Shown here one piece after another: positions 39,970 through 49,703 of a stretch of 64,000 bases of DNA. The notes below the pieces were generated by a model. It was not told the DNA's origin and searched no databases. It worked only from the letters and a program-made list of their open reading frames with translations. The stretch is from Bacteroidota bacterium (GTDB lineage Bacteria > Bacteroidota > Ignavibacteria > Kryptoniales > JAKASW01), in the NCBI GenBank assembly GCA_021794075.1, contig JAJYRM010000007.1, positions 4,398 to 68,397 on the forward strand. The letters are read 5' to 3'. Made by a program: the position numbers and the translations under genes. Every line of letters starts with the position of its first letter. The stretch's first letter is position 1.

Positions 39970-41907
39970 ATGGGAAAACCACGACCTCATTCTGAGGTGA
40001 AGACAATTCCAGCCCTGTTCGAAGAGAGTTCAAGTAGATTTTCGTCGAACATAATGATGCGGGAAAAGCGCGGCGGCGCTTATGTAGGAACCTCGTACCA
40101 GGATATTCGGAAGTCGGTACATCTCTGCGCCGCCGGACTAATGAGCCTCGGTATCCAGAAAGGTGAAAGGGTCGCTCTTATTTCCGAAGGGCGGAACGAT
40201 TGGGTTATCGCAGAACTGGGAATTCTTTTTGCCGGTGCGATTAACGTCCCGCTTTCGGTTAAGATCGAGGAGCTATCCGATCTCAAGTTCAGGGTCGCTC
40301 ACTCCGGCGCAGTGATGGTAATTGCGTCAGGAGGTCAAGCCGACAAGATTCGGAAAATCAGGAATGATTTGCCCGAAGTCAGACTCGTGGTACTCCTGGA
40401 CGACGGAGGGAACAGCGCTAATGACGAAATAACTTTTTCAGAGCTTGCCAGAAAGGGTGAGGCTTACCTGAAAGCTAACCATTCGGAATTCGACAGAAGA
40501 TGGATGGCGCTTCAAGGGAGCGACCCCGCCAATATTTGTTATACTTCGGGTACCACCGCTGATCCCAAAGGGATAATCCTTACCCATCGCAACTACACCG
40601 TTAACGCGGAGCAAGCATCGGCTCTACTCCCAATACCGGAGAATTACTGCTCGCTATTGATCTTGCCTTGGGATCATTCTTTTGCTCACACGGCAGGTAT
40701 CTACACGCTCATGATGAACGGCGCCAGTATGGCGTCCGTGGAGCCGGGTAAGTCTCCCATGGAGACTCTGAAAAATATTCCCATCAATATTAGGGAGGTG
40801 AGACCGCACTTCTTGTTGAGCGTGCCGGCGCTGGCGAAGAATTTCAGGAAGAGTATCGAGTCGGGCGTGAAGGAGAAGGGAGAAAAAGTGGAAAAGCTCT
40901 TTCATCGCGCGCTCGACGTGGGATATCAATATAATGGCAACGGGTTCGACAGGGGCCAATATGCATCGCTAAAGATTAAGGCTGAATTCAAGTTGTATGA
41001 CCTTCTCTTGTTCCGGAAGATCAGGCGGAATTTCGGAGGTAGGCTGGAGTTCTTTATTGGCGGTGGAGCGCTCCTTGATGTCGAGCTGCAAAAATTCTTC
41101 TATGCCATTGGAATACCGATGTATCAGGGATATGGCTTGTCCGAGGCAGCACCAATTATCTCAGCGAACGTACCTGCCCGGCACAAACTCGGTTCCTCGG
41201 GGTCAATCGTCCCCAACCTTGATGTAAAAATCTGCGATGAGGCGGGCAATGAAGTTAAATCCGGAAGTAAGGGAGAAATTGTTGTCAAAGGCGAAAACGT
41301 CATGGCTGGGTACTGGCGAAACGAAAAAGCGACGAGTGAAGCGCTTCGAAACGGCTGGCTTCACACGGGTGACCTTGGTTACATCGATGAAGATGGTTTC
41401 TTATTTGTTCTAGGTCGAGAGAAGAGCCTACTCATAGGACATGATGGAGAGAAATATAGCCCCGAAGGGATTGAGGAGGCTATAGTCGATCACTCGCAGT
41501 TCATCGAACAATTAATGATATTCAACAATCAGTCGCCTTATAGCGTGGCTCTCCTCTTTCCAAATAAAGCTGCGATACTCCAGTATCTCTCTTCGCTCGG
41601 ACTGTCACCGCAATCGGACGAAGGCCAGGTAGCGGCACTTAGGCTTCTGGAAGCGGAGATCATGGCATATAAGGCGGAAGGGCGGTTTGCAGGTATGTTC
41701 CCTGAAAGGTGGATCCCGTCCGCATTTGCTCTGATTGGCGAAGGGTTCACGGAAGACAACAAGTTCCTAAACAGCACACTTAAGATGGTACGCGGGAAGA
41801 TTGTTGAATTCTATCGTGACAGGATCGACTACCTCTTCACAAGTGAAGGAAGGGAAGTGTCCAATCACCAGAACAGGATGATCATCAAACGACTCGCAGA
41901 GCGGTGA
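39970..41907 (+). CDS. long-chain acyl-CoA synthetase (AMP-forming)
   Basis: AMP-binding motifs YTSGTTADPKG, YGLSEAAP and GWLHTGDLG. I prefer ATG 39970 (AGGAGG at 39954-59) over the track's TTG at 39937. Confidence 0.88.
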   Translation: MGKPRPHSEVKTIPALFEESSSRFSSNIMMREKRGGAYVGTSYQDIRKSVHLCAAGLMSLGIQKGERVALISEGRNDWVIAELGILFAGAINVPLSVKIEELSDLKFRVAHSGAVMVIASGGQADKIRKIRNDLPEVRLVVLLDDGGNSANDEITFSELARKGEAYLKANHSEFDRRWMALQGSDPANICYTSGTTADPKGIILTHRNYTVNAEQASALLPIPENYCSLLILPWDHSFAHTAGIYTLMMNGASMASVEPGKSPMETLKNIPINIREVRPHFLLSVPALAKNFRKSIESGVKEKGEKVEKLFHRALDVGYQYNGNGFDRGQYASLKIKAEFKLYDLLLFRKIRRNFGGRLEFFIGGGALLDVELQKFFYAIGIPMYQGYGLSEAAPIISANVPARHKLGSSGSIVPNLDVKICDEAGNEVKSGSKGEIVVKGENVMAGYWRNEKATSEALRNGWLHTGDLGYIDEDGFLFVLGREKSLLIGHDGEKYSPEGIEEAIVDHSQFIEQLMIFNNQSPYSVALLFPNKAAILQYLSSLGLSPQSDEGQVAALRLLEAEIMAYKAEGRFAGMFPERWIPSAFALIGEGFTEDNKFLNSTLKMVRGKIVEFYRDRIDYLFTSEGREVSNHQNRMIIKRLAER

Positions 41908-42016
41908 GGATGGTATGTTTAAATGGAATGGGAGGGATGATCGGAGGATGGTCGACGCGTGTAAGGCTTGAAGAGATCGCTGCGGTCGGCCGCCGAATGC
42001 GAAATGCAAAAGGACA

Positions 42017-42055
42017 ATAACCTTTGAAAAGTTTTTCGGCGGGGTTATATTTTTT
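42017..42055 (+). terminator. terminator-like hairpin plus T-run after the acyl-CoA synthetase gene
   Basis: ATAACC (42017-22) pairs with GGTTAT (42043-48) and is followed by ATTTTTT. The loop is large (20 nt), so this is only moderate. Confidence 0.4.
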
Positions 42056-42057
42056 GA

Positions 42058-43203
42058 ATGAGACCTACGCATGCAGAAATAGAGTTGTCAGCTTTGCGAT
42101 ACAATGTAAAGCAGGTAATGAAGAGGGTCGGGGCGAACGTACGTGTTCTCGGTGTCGTGAAGGCGAACGCGTACGGCCACGGGTTGGTGTCCGCGACGAA
42201 AGCAATAATTGAAGCAGGGGCAAGTTACATTGGTGTGGCTTTTGTTGAAGAAGGATTGGAACTTCGCCAGCACACACAGTTGCCGATCCTGGTTTTTTCG
42301 CCTCCGATGGAAGATTCTCTTGAAACATACATCAGATTCGATCTGGACGCAACGATTACCTCCATTGAGATGGCGCACGCACTCGATGCAGTTGCGAAGA
42401 GCGGAAGGAAGAAGGCTCGCGTTCAAATTAAAGTCGATACGGGAATGGGAAGGACCGGCTTTCTTCCCGAAGTCGCAATTGAGGCGATAAGAGCGGTCGC
42501 ATCTCTCGATAACCTTGAGATCGTCGGTGTCTTTTCTCACTTCGCCACATCGGATGAAACCAACAAAGAATTTGCACGCAAACAGCTTTCAACATTCCGC
42601 GATATTGTCGCCTCTGTGAAGGACCTAGGAATTAGCACCGCGCTTTTTCACATAGCTAACAGTGGAGGGATTCTCGATTTGCCCGATTCGTATTTCGACA
42701 TGGTCAGACCTGGGATTATGACCTATGGATATTACCCTTCCCTCGAGACGTCGGAGTCCGTCGATATAAAGCCTGTTCTCAGTCTAAAGTCAAACATAGC
42801 GCTTATCAAGACGCTGAAAGCCGGGACAAGTGTTAGTTATGGCAGGAGGTATTTCACGAAGAAAAACTCCCGCATTGCCGTGGTACCAATAGGGTATGGT
42901 GACGGATTTACCCGCCTTCTTACCGGTAAAGCTTCAGTGCTGATTAGGGGAAAGCGTTATCCAATAGTCGGCACCATCACCATGGACTATGTAATGGTTG
43001 ACCTCGGGAGCGACTACGAGGTGCAGCAGGGCGATGAGGTGGTATTGCTCGGAAGAAGCGGAGAGGAATCTATAACCGCTTGGGAGCTTGCTTCCAGACT
43101 TGGAACGATTCCATATGAAGTGTTATGTATGATTAACGGCCGTGTGCCCCGGATGTTCACCGGTCAGAGTGTTCCATCAACCCAGAAGGCGATAGTTAAA
43201 TGA
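42058..43203 (+). CDS. alr: alanine racemase
   Basis: 381 aa with the PLP-lysine motif VVKANAYGHG and the family C-terminal beta domain. Confidence 0.93.
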   Translation: MRPTHAEIELSALRYNVKQVMKRVGANVRVLGVVKANAYGHGLVSATKAIIEAGASYIGVAFVEEGLELRQHTQLPILVFSPPMEDSLETYIRFDLDATITSIEMAHALDAVAKSGRKKARVQIKVDTGMGRTGFLPEVAIEAIRAVASLDNLEIVGVFSHFATSDETNKEFARKQLSTFRDIVASVKDLGISTALFHIANSGGILDLPDSYFDMVRPGIMTYGYYPSLETSESVDIKPVLSLKSNIALIKTLKAGTSVSYGRRYFTKKNSRIAVVPIGYGDGFTRLLTGKASVLIRGKRYPIVGTITMDYVMVDLGSDYEVQQGDEVVLLGRSGEESITAWELASRLGTIPYEVLCMINGRVPRMFTGQSVPSTQKAIVK

Positions 43204-44282
43204 AAGTCTTTGCAGTAATAATGGCGGGCGGAGTTGGGGCCCGTTTCTGGCCACAGAGTCGTGAGACCATGCCCAAACAGTTCCTTGGTGTCTTCGGCGA
43301 ACGGACGCTTTACCAGAGAACATTTGATAGGATATCCCGTCTGGTTGCACCAGAGAACATTTTTGTTGTTACAAACCGGGCGCAGCGCGAAGCGGCGGTG
43401 TCACAGCTTCCCCAATTGCCGGAGCGCAACATAATTGCGGAACCTTTCGGACGTAATACCGCTCCATGTATCGCGGCTGCGGCGTCCGTAGCGTCATCGA
43501 TTACGGAAGATGCCGTTATGGTAGTTCTTCCTGCCGATCACCTGATTTCTCAGGATGAAAACTTCATTTCTCAATTGAAGGAAGCCATCAGGCTTGCTGA
43601 CAAGAAGCGATCGCTCGTGACGATCGGCATCAGGCCGACTCATCCGGAGACAGGCTTCGGATATATTCATTTCGACAAGGCCAACGTTGAAGAGGGAGCA
43701 GCCGATCATGGCGGTTACAGGGTTATTTCCTTCAAGGAGAAACCGACCCGGGAGACGGCAATCAAATTTCTCGAAAGCGGCGATTACCTCTGGAACAGCG
43801 GGATGTTCATCTGGCGCGTGGGTGTGATTCTCGAAGAACTGAAAAAGAATCTGACGCACTTCTCGGATTTTTGGGCGCAGCTAAGAAATTCGTACGGGAA
43901 ATCGGATTTCGATAAGGTGCTCGAGGAGTTCTATTTGCGGGTTGAATCCATTTCAGTAGATTACGCAGTGATGGAGAAAGCCACCAATGTGTTTACAATA
44001 CCGAGCAACTTCCTCTGGAGCGACGTAGGTTCCTGGGACGAAGTCTACAGATTGAGCGATAGAGATGGCGAGGGAAACACATACAAGGGTGATGTCGTCA
44101 GCGTGAGATCCCGAAACAATCTTGTCTGGTGCGATGAAAAGACCTTCGGTCTCGTGGATGTCGACGATTTAATAGTGGTCGAGACCAAGGACTCCGTCCT
44201 AATTTGCAAACGAGGACAGTCTCAGGGTGTGAAAGAAATTGTCGATGCTTTAAAGAAAAAGGGAAGACAAGATCTGATTTGA
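43200..44282 (+). CDS. manC: mannose-1-phosphate guanylyltransferase (nucleotidyltransferase domain only)
   Basis: 360 aa starting VIMAGGVGARFWPQSR, with GIRPTHPETGFGYI and WNSGMFIW. Confidence 0.85.
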   Translation: MKVFAVIMAGGVGARFWPQSRETMPKQFLGVFGERTLYQRTFDRISRLVAPENIFVVTNRAQREAAVSQLPQLPERNIIAEPFGRNTAPCIAAAASVASSITEDAVMVVLPADHLISQDENFISQLKEAIRLADKKRSLVTIGIRPTHPETGFGYIHFDKANVEEGAADHGGYRVISFKEKPTRETAIKFLESGDYLWNSGMFIWRVGVILEELKKNLTHFSDFWAQLRNSYGKSDFDKVLEEFYLRVESISVDYAVMEKATNVFTIPSNFLWSDVGSWDEVYRLSDRDGEGNTYKGDVVSVRSRNNLVWCDEKTFGLVDVDDLIVVETKDSVLICKRGQSQGVKEIVDALKKKGRQDLI

Positions 44283-44752
44283 AGACTGTTTACCTGATCG
44301 GTTTGGTTGCGCTATCCTTTTACATGGTTGGGTGCTCCGCGACGGCGAGGTTTACTGCAACTGGTCCGATGCCTGAGGGTTCTGCGCCCTCCTCATCGAT
44401 CACACCAGGCAATTTCAGCGGGAGGTCGCTTCTCACCGTCGAAGGGGTAGCTTCATACTACTCGACTGGCTTCAACGGCAAGTTGACCGCCAGCGGACAA
44501 GTCTTCAATAAGAACGCCTTTACCGCAGCACACAAAGAATTCCCTTTCGGAACGATCCTGCGGGTTACCAACCTCAGCAACAACGAGAGCGTGGAAGTCG
44601 TCGTAAATGACCGCGGTCCGTTTGAAAAGGGAAGAATCATCGACCTGTCTGAAGCCGCGGCTCGCGCGATTGGCATGATTCAATCCGGCACCGCCACGGT
44701 CAGGATTCAGGTGCTCAAATGGGGGAATAACCAGATAGAGAACGATAATTAA
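44279..44752 (+). CDS. rlpA: RlpA-family septal-ring lytic transglycosylase lipoprotein (DPBB domain)
   Basis: A DPBB domain is present (ASYYSTGFNGKLTASGQVFN, TAAHKEFPFGT, VVNDRGPF). I prefer TTG 44279, which gives the lipobox signal peptide MKTVYLIGLVALSFYMVGC. The track ORF starts at 44204, inside manC. Confidence 0.8.
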   Translation: MKTVYLIGLVALSFYMVGCSATARFTATGPMPEGSAPSSSITPGNFSGRSLLTVEGVASYYSTGFNGKLTASGQVFNKNAFTAAHKEFPFGTILRVTNLSNNESVEVVVNDRGPFEKGRIIDLSEAAARAIGMIQSGTATVRIQVLKWGNNQIENDN

Positions 44753-44820
44753 ATCCTGCGGGTGAATTAAGAATTGTACGATATGTTCGAGCACCCCGAT
44801 CGGAAATCTGGCCTCTGATA

Positions 44821-45705
44821 TTGAATCTACGGCTGCGAGGTTATTTGAGTATTTTTGCTGCCGCCTCTTTCTGGGGCGCGTCGGCAACGGCCGCGAAATT
44901 CCTTTTTGAACATCGAATTTCTCCGATGCTTGTCGTTCAGTCGCGAGTGATCATCGCCGCGGTGGTACTTGTGGCCTTCCTGCTCGTGTTGGATAGGAGG
45001 CATCTTCAGGTAGCGTTTCGGGATTTAAGAGACTTCGCGCTTCTAGGGGTAATCGGAGTCGCCGGTTCTAACTACACTTACTACATGGCAATTAAGGTCA
45101 CGAGCGTCGGGATAGCTATACTCATGCAGTACACCGCTCCCGCGCTTGTGGCAATTTACGTCTTCATAACTAAACAAGAGAAGGTGAGTAGAACCAAAGC
45201 TTTTGCTGTTGTCCTGTCACTCGCAGGGAGTATGATTATGCTCGGTGCGTTTGATCCGAAAATGCACATCACAGCGTTAGGCATTTTCTTTGGAATTGTA
45301 TCGGCACTTTGTTTTGCATTTTTTAACGTCTACAACAAAGTGGCAACTAAGCACTACACGGTGTGGACGGCATTAACGTGGACTTTACTTTTCGCGGGCG
45401 CTTTCTGGCTCATTCTCGATGTCATTTTTGGCGCCAAGACTTTGAAAATCGGAACGATCGGCAGCTCCGAGATATGGATGCTGACTGGTTTCTCGCTCTC
45501 TTCTATATTGATCCCTTATTTTTTCTACTTCACGGGGCTGAAGCATCTTCCGGCATCGACGGCAATCATAGTGTCAACACTCGAGCCAGTAGTCGCGATC
45601 GTATCGTCGTTCCTGGTTCTGGGAGAGACGCTCAGCTTTTCACAAATAGCAGGAGGGCTCTTTATAGTTACCGCGGTGATTTTACTTGAGGTGTACAAGG
45701 AATGA
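44821..45705 (+). CDS. EamA/DMT-family transporter
   Basis: 294 aa with 10 helices in two EamA repeats. TTG start. Confidence 0.8.
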   Translation: MNLRLRGYLSIFAAASFWGASATAAKFLFEHRISPMLVVQSRVIIAAVVLVAFLLVLDRRHLQVAFRDLRDFALLGVIGVAGSNYTYYMAIKVTSVGIAILMQYTAPALVAIYVFITKQEKVSRTKAFAVVLSLAGSMIMLGAFDPKMHITALGIFFGIVSALCFAFFNVYNKVATKHYTVWTALTWTLLFAGAFWLILDVIFGAKTLKIGTIGSSEIWMLTGFSLSSILIPYFFYFTGLKHLPASTAIIVSTLEPVVAIVSSFLVLGETLSFSQIAGGLFIVTAVILLEVYKE

Positions 45706-46283
45706 AAACGGAGCGAAGAGTCGAAAAGTTGTCGCGTGCCATCCATTACACGCAGCCTGATCTAACTATTGTACTCGAGAACATACACGACCCACACAAC
45801 GTGAGCGCAATACTTCGATCATGCGATGCCGTCGGCGTGCGGAAAGTGAACCTTCTGTACTCTGCGGAATCTTTTCCGAAGATAGGCAAGAAAAGCTCCG
45901 CGAGCGCGTATAAATGGGTGGAGCGGCGGAATTTTAAAACTGTGGATGACTGCTATGCGACGTTGAGGGAAGATGGATTCGTTGTGGCCGCGAGTGTTGT
46001 CAGTAAGGAGTCGGTTTCACTTTATGAAACGGATCTTCGCGGCAAAGTGGCTCTGGTCTTCGGGAACGAGCACAGGGGAGTTACTGGTGAAGCTTCGTCA
46101 GCCGCTGACATTCGGTTCCAGATACCGATGCACGGAATGGTGCAGAGTCTCAATGTCTCCGTAGCCTGCGCCATAACCCTTTTCGAGGCTCTCCGGCAAC
46201 GTATCAAATCCGGAGATACGGAGAAGTCGAAGCTAAGCGAAACGGAGATCGATAAGATGCTCGATGAGTGGAAGAGGAAGTAA
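45702..46283 (+). CDS. trmH: SpoU/TrmH-family RNA 2'-O-methyltransferase
   Basis: 193 aa with LENIHDPHNVSAILRSCDAVGV, VFGNEHRGV and SLNVSVA. Confidence 0.85.
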   Translation: MKTERRVEKLSRAIHYTQPDLTIVLENIHDPHNVSAILRSCDAVGVRKVNLLYSAESFPKIGKKSSASAYKWVERRNFKTVDDCYATLREDGFVVAASVVSKESVSLYETDLRGKVALVFGNEHRGVTGEASSAADIRFQIPMHGMVQSLNVSVACAITLFEALRQRIKSGDTEKSKLSETEIDKMLDEWKRK

Positions 46284-46347
46284 GACGAACCGGAAAGGTT
46301 GATTTTCTCCGTATACCTGAGTAACATTCTTTTGAGCCGAGGAGAAG

Positions 46348-47403
46348 ATGGCGGAAACTTTAACACTCAGGACTATTCTGCAGCAGAACACCGCTGAAGG
46401 GGAGCTTTACCATAAGCTCGATAATAACTGGGTCCTCTGCTATGCGTGCGGCCACCGATGCAAGATCAAACCGGGGCGGGAAGGAGTCTGTCACGTTCGA
46501 TTCAATCGCGGCGGCAGACTGTTTGTGCCGTCAGGCTACACAGCCGGTGTACAACTTGATCCAATTGAGAAGAAACCTTTCTTTCATGCTTTCCCCGGCG
46601 CGAATGCTCTCAGTATCGGCATGCTCGGATGTGATTACCACTGCAGCTATTGCCAAAATTGGCTTAGCAGCCAGAGTTTGAGAGATCCATCCGCGAAAGC
46701 GCTACCCGAAGTTGTAGGGCCGGAAAGGATTGTAGAGCTTGCTCTCGTTTATAAATCACCGGTCATAGTTTCCACTTACAATGAGCCGTTGATTACCAGC
46801 GAGTGGGCTGTCGAAATTCTGAAACTCGCGAAACCGTACGGCATACGCGGCGCTTATGTGTCCAACGGCAACGCGACACCGGAAGTGTTGGACTATATCA
46901 AGCCTTTTGTGGATCTATACAAGGTCGATTTGAAAGGCTTCGATGACAAGCGTTACAGACAGCTTGGCGGGAGACTGGATGTCGTACTCAATGCCATTAG
47001 TCTATTGAAGGAGAAAGGCTTCTGGGTGGAGATAGTCACGCTCATCGTTCCGGGCTTCAACGACAGCGAATCGGAGCTCAATGGGATCGCGAAATTCATC
47101 GCGTCCGTTTCTCCTGAAATTCCATGGCATGTAACTGCATTTCACAACGATTACAAGATGCTCGACCGAGAGAACACCTCGGTTGAATCTCTTAGGAGAG
47201 CCACGCTTGTGGGAAAACAGGCTGGACTCCAATTTGTGTACGCAGGTAATCTTCCAGGTATGGTCGAAAACCTAGAAAACACCTATTGCCCCGGGTGCGG
47301 AGAGCTCCTGGTAGAAAGGGAAGGTTTCAGAGTATTGCGGAACTCAATAATGGCCGGTAAATGCCCAACGTGTGGGAGGAGAATTCCGGGATTATGGACA
47401 TAG
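46348..47403 (+). CDS. AmmeMemoRadiSam system radical SAM enzyme
   Basis: 351 aa with an N-terminal Cys-rich segment CYACGHRCKIKPGREGVCHVR, the radical SAM motif CDYHCSYCQNW and a C-terminal CPGCG...CPTCG. Confidence 0.85.
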   Translation: MAETLTLRTILQQNTAEGELYHKLDNNWVLCYACGHRCKIKPGREGVCHVRFNRGGRLFVPSGYTAGVQLDPIEKKPFFHAFPGANALSIGMLGCDYHCSYCQNWLSSQSLRDPSAKALPEVVGPERIVELALVYKSPVIVSTYNEPLITSEWAVEILKLAKPYGIRGAYVSNGNATPEVLDYIKPFVDLYKVDLKGFDDKRYRQLGGRLDVVLNAISLLKEKGFWVEIVTLIVPGFNDSESELNGIAKFIASVSPEIPWHVTAFHNDYKMLDRENTSVESLRRATLVGKQAGLQFVYAGNLPGMVENLENTYCPGCGELLVEREGFRVLRNSIMAGKCPTCGRRIPGLWT

Positions 47404-47990
47404 ATTTTTCATTTACCGCCGGGGAAAAAGATACTCTCCTTAGGATTGCGAAAGAGTCTGTCAGAGCTGTCGTAAGCGGAAAGAAATTCGTCGCGGAAGT
47501 CCCTAAGGAAGCGCGGCTTTGTCAGAAGGCGGGCGCGTTTGTCACTTTGCATCTTCACGGTGAGCTAAGAGGTTGCATCGGGCTCATAGAGCCGCGCCTC
47601 CCATTGTACGAGACTGTAGCTGAGATGGCTGCTAAGTCCGCCACATCAGACCCTCGCTTCGACAGTGTAACGACGCGAGAGCTGGATAATATTGAAATTG
47701 AAATATCCGTTCTCTCTCTCCTTGAAAAAGTCGAGAAACCTGAAAATGTTATTGTGGGCCATCATGGGGTAATGATAGAAAAGGGATATTTCCGGGCCCT
47801 ACTTTTGCCGCAGGTCGCAACTGAGAATGGATGGAACAGAGAACAGTTACTTAGGCAGGTTTGCGTGAAAGCCGGCCTTCACAAGGAGGCCTATCGCGAT
47901 CCCGATTCAAATTTATTTGTATTCACCGCGGAAATCTTTAGCGAGGAATCAAGGCAAAAAGAGGAGAAAGACGTTGCCGAAAGAAATTGA
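47394..47990 (+). CDS. AMMECR1-domain protein (AmmeMemoRadiSam system protein A)
   Basis: Hallmark motif GAFVTLHLHGELRGCIG. ATG 47394 is preferred and overlaps the radical SAM gene's 3' end by 10 nt. The track start 47361 lies deeper inside that gene. Confidence 0.85.
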   Translation: MDIDFSFTAGEKDTLLRIAKESVRAVVSGKKFVAEVPKEARLCQKAGAFVTLHLHGELRGCIGLIEPRLPLYETVAEMAAKSATSDPRFDSVTTRELDNIEIEISVLSLLEKVEKPENVIVGHHGVMIEKGYFRALLLPQVATENGWNREQLLRQVCVKAGLHKEAYRDPDSNLFVFTAEIFSEESRQKEEKDVAERN

Positions 47991-48816
47991 CTACATCCGT
48001 CCCCCATCGGTCGCCGGCCTCTTCTATCCGGGTGATAGGGATGAATTAGAATCGACATGCCGTAAGCTCCTGGGTGACGCGAGGACTGATTTGAAGGTTT
48101 CACCGATAGGGAAATTGTTCGGGGTTGTCTCTCCCCACGCGGGGTACCAATACAGCGGTTACACTGCCGCGCACGGTTACTCTCTTCTTAAACCCAACGA
48201 GTTCGACCGAGTAATCGTCGTCTCTCCCAGCCATCGGGAGTACTTCGATGGGATCTCAGTCTTTTCCGGGAAGTCTTATTCAACGCCGCTCGGAGAAGTG
48301 GAGGTAGACAGTGAACTGCGTGAGCGTTTTCTTGAGACTGCCGGGGAGTGGGTCATAGAGTCGAGGGCGGGACACAAGGCGGAACACGCGCTCGAAGTCC
48401 AACTTCCTTTTTTACAACTGACCTTGGGAAGTTTCAAGCTCCTACCGATTGTTATGGGAGACCAGAAAAGGAGATACTGCGAACTCCTCGGTAAGGTGAT
48501 GGCTGAGCTAACACTGGATGGTACCACGCTTGTTGTAGCTAGCTCAGATTTGTCACACTACTACGACTATGATACTGCCAATGAATTGGACAGTATCTGC
48601 GCGGCGGACATATCTGCCGTTGACGCTGATAAGCTCATGGATGACATCGAAAGCCGGCGATGCGAGGCGTGCGGGGGGGGGGCGATTTCAGCTTTACTCT
48701 ACGCTGCCCAGGCAAGGGGCGACCGAAAAGCGGTAGTTCTTTATCACTGTAATTCCGGAGATACGACCGGCGATAAGAGTGGCGTTGTCGGATACTTATC
48801 CGCGGTCGTGGTGTAA
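47974..48816 (+). CDS. MEMO1-family protein (AmmeMemoRadiSam system protein B)
   Basis: Motifs RPPSVAGLFYPGD, SPHAGYQYSG, SDLSHYY and VGYLS. TTG 47974 with GAGGAG 8 nt upstream is preferred, giving a 17-nt overlap with the AMMECR1 gene. Confidence 0.85.
   Translation: MPKEIDYIRPPSVAGLFYPGDRDELESTCRKLLGDARTDLKVSPIGKLFGVVSPHAGYQYSGYTAAHGYSLLKPNEFDRVIVVSPSHREYFDGISVFSGKSYSTPLGEVEVDSELRERFLETAGEWVIESRAGHKAEHALEVQLPFLQLTLGSFKLLPIVMGDQKRRYCELLGKVMAELTLDGTTLVVASSDLSHYYDYDTANELDSICAADISAVDADKLMDDIESRRCEACGGGAISALLYAAQARGDRKAVVLYHCNSGDTTGDKSGVVGYLSAVVV
48673..48682. repeat. G10 homopolymer inside the Memo-family CDS
   Basis: tgC GGG GGG GGG Gcg encodes C-G-G-G-A. It is the longest G/C homopolymer I saw in the window. 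Confidence 0.9.
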
Positions 48817-48821
48817 GGAAT

Positions 48822-49703
48822 ATGTCTCGGAGATTTTCTCTTGTTGGGCCGGGTCGTGTCGGCTCAAGCCTGGCGTTAGCACTGTCGAGACACGGATGGA
48901 CTTGCGACGCGATCGTTGCCGGCGCAAACAACGGTTCGGGAATACGGGAACTCAGGAAACGATTTCCGTCGAGCAAGATAATTCGCTCTCTATCTTCGCT
49001 CGGTTCGGACTTCGATGTGTTATTCCTTACGGTAGCTGACGGCAAGATCTTTGCGACTGCGAACGAGTTGGTTAAAGAGAGCGGTCTGGCATGGGAAGGG
49101 AAGGGGGTCTTTCACGCCAGTGGCGTCGTAGGAGTTAAGGCATTAATAGGACTTAAGAATAGCGGCGCTTTAACCGGAGCCTTCCACCCGATCTCTCCAT
49201 TTGCATCGAAGTTTTCTCCAGAGAGAGCGGAGGGGATTTTCTACGACTTCTATGGTGACCCACGCGCGGTGGGAATAGCCAGGCGTTTGGCATCGACGTT
49301 GTCGTCTAGACTCATTCTCCCGGGAAGCGAGCGTGAGAGAAGACTTCTCCATATAGCAAGCGTTATAGTATCTAACTTCACCGTGATCGGGGCGCGCGCC
49401 GCCGAAAATCTGCTAGCCGGCTTCGTGGGACCTGATGATGTCGGCGAATTGATTCGCGGTTTATTATCGTCGACCGCAAATAATCTTTCGAATTCTACCG
49501 GCGGAAAATCGTTGACCGGTCCGCTGGCACGGGGAGACGCGGATGTGATTTCGAGCCATCTTGAGTCGCTTGAAAATAAACCGCTATTGTTGCAGCTTTA
49601 CAGGTCCTCGTCGCTGCTCGGAATAGATATGATGATCAGGGAAGAGCGCGACCCGAATCGGAGGCGAAATCTGAAAAGAATCAAGAAACTTCTGGAGGAA
49701 TGA
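48822..49703 (+). CDS. Rossmann-like NAD(P)-binding protein with DUF2520 C-terminal domain
   Basis: 293 aa starting FSLVGPGRVGSSLALAL, with a C-terminal LTGPLARGDADVISSHL pattern as in DUF2520 proteins. Confidence 0.7.
   Translation: MSRRFSLVGPGRVGSSLALALSRHGWTCDAIVAGANNGSGIRELRKRFPSSKIIRSLSSLGSDFDVLFLTVADGKIFATANELVKESGLAWEGKGVFHASGVVGVKALIGLKNSGALTGAFHPISPFASKFSPERAEGIFYDFYGDPRAVGIARRLASTLSSRLILPGSERERRLLHIASVIVSNFTVIGARAAENLLAGFVGPDDVGELIRGLLSSTANNLSNSTGGKSLTGPLARGDADVISSHLESLENKPLLLQLYRSSSLLGIDMMIREERDPNRRRNLKRIKKLLEE

Noticed and set aside
41908-41960. G-rich repeated GGATG/GGAGG segment after the acyl-CoA synthetase gene as a possible G-quadruplex or repeat element
   Set aside because: There are only two GGG runs and the remaining runs are GG. 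I saw no regular period and no copy elsewhere in the window, so support is insufficient.
44204-44278. Long N-terminal extensions of track ORFs that overlap the preceding genes (44204, 47361, 47917, 39937)
   Set aside because: Internal starts give canonical N-termini: a lipobox signal peptide at 44279, short coupled overlaps at 47394 and 47974, and ATG with AGGAGG at 39970. The extensions read through the 3' ends of well-supported upstream genes.
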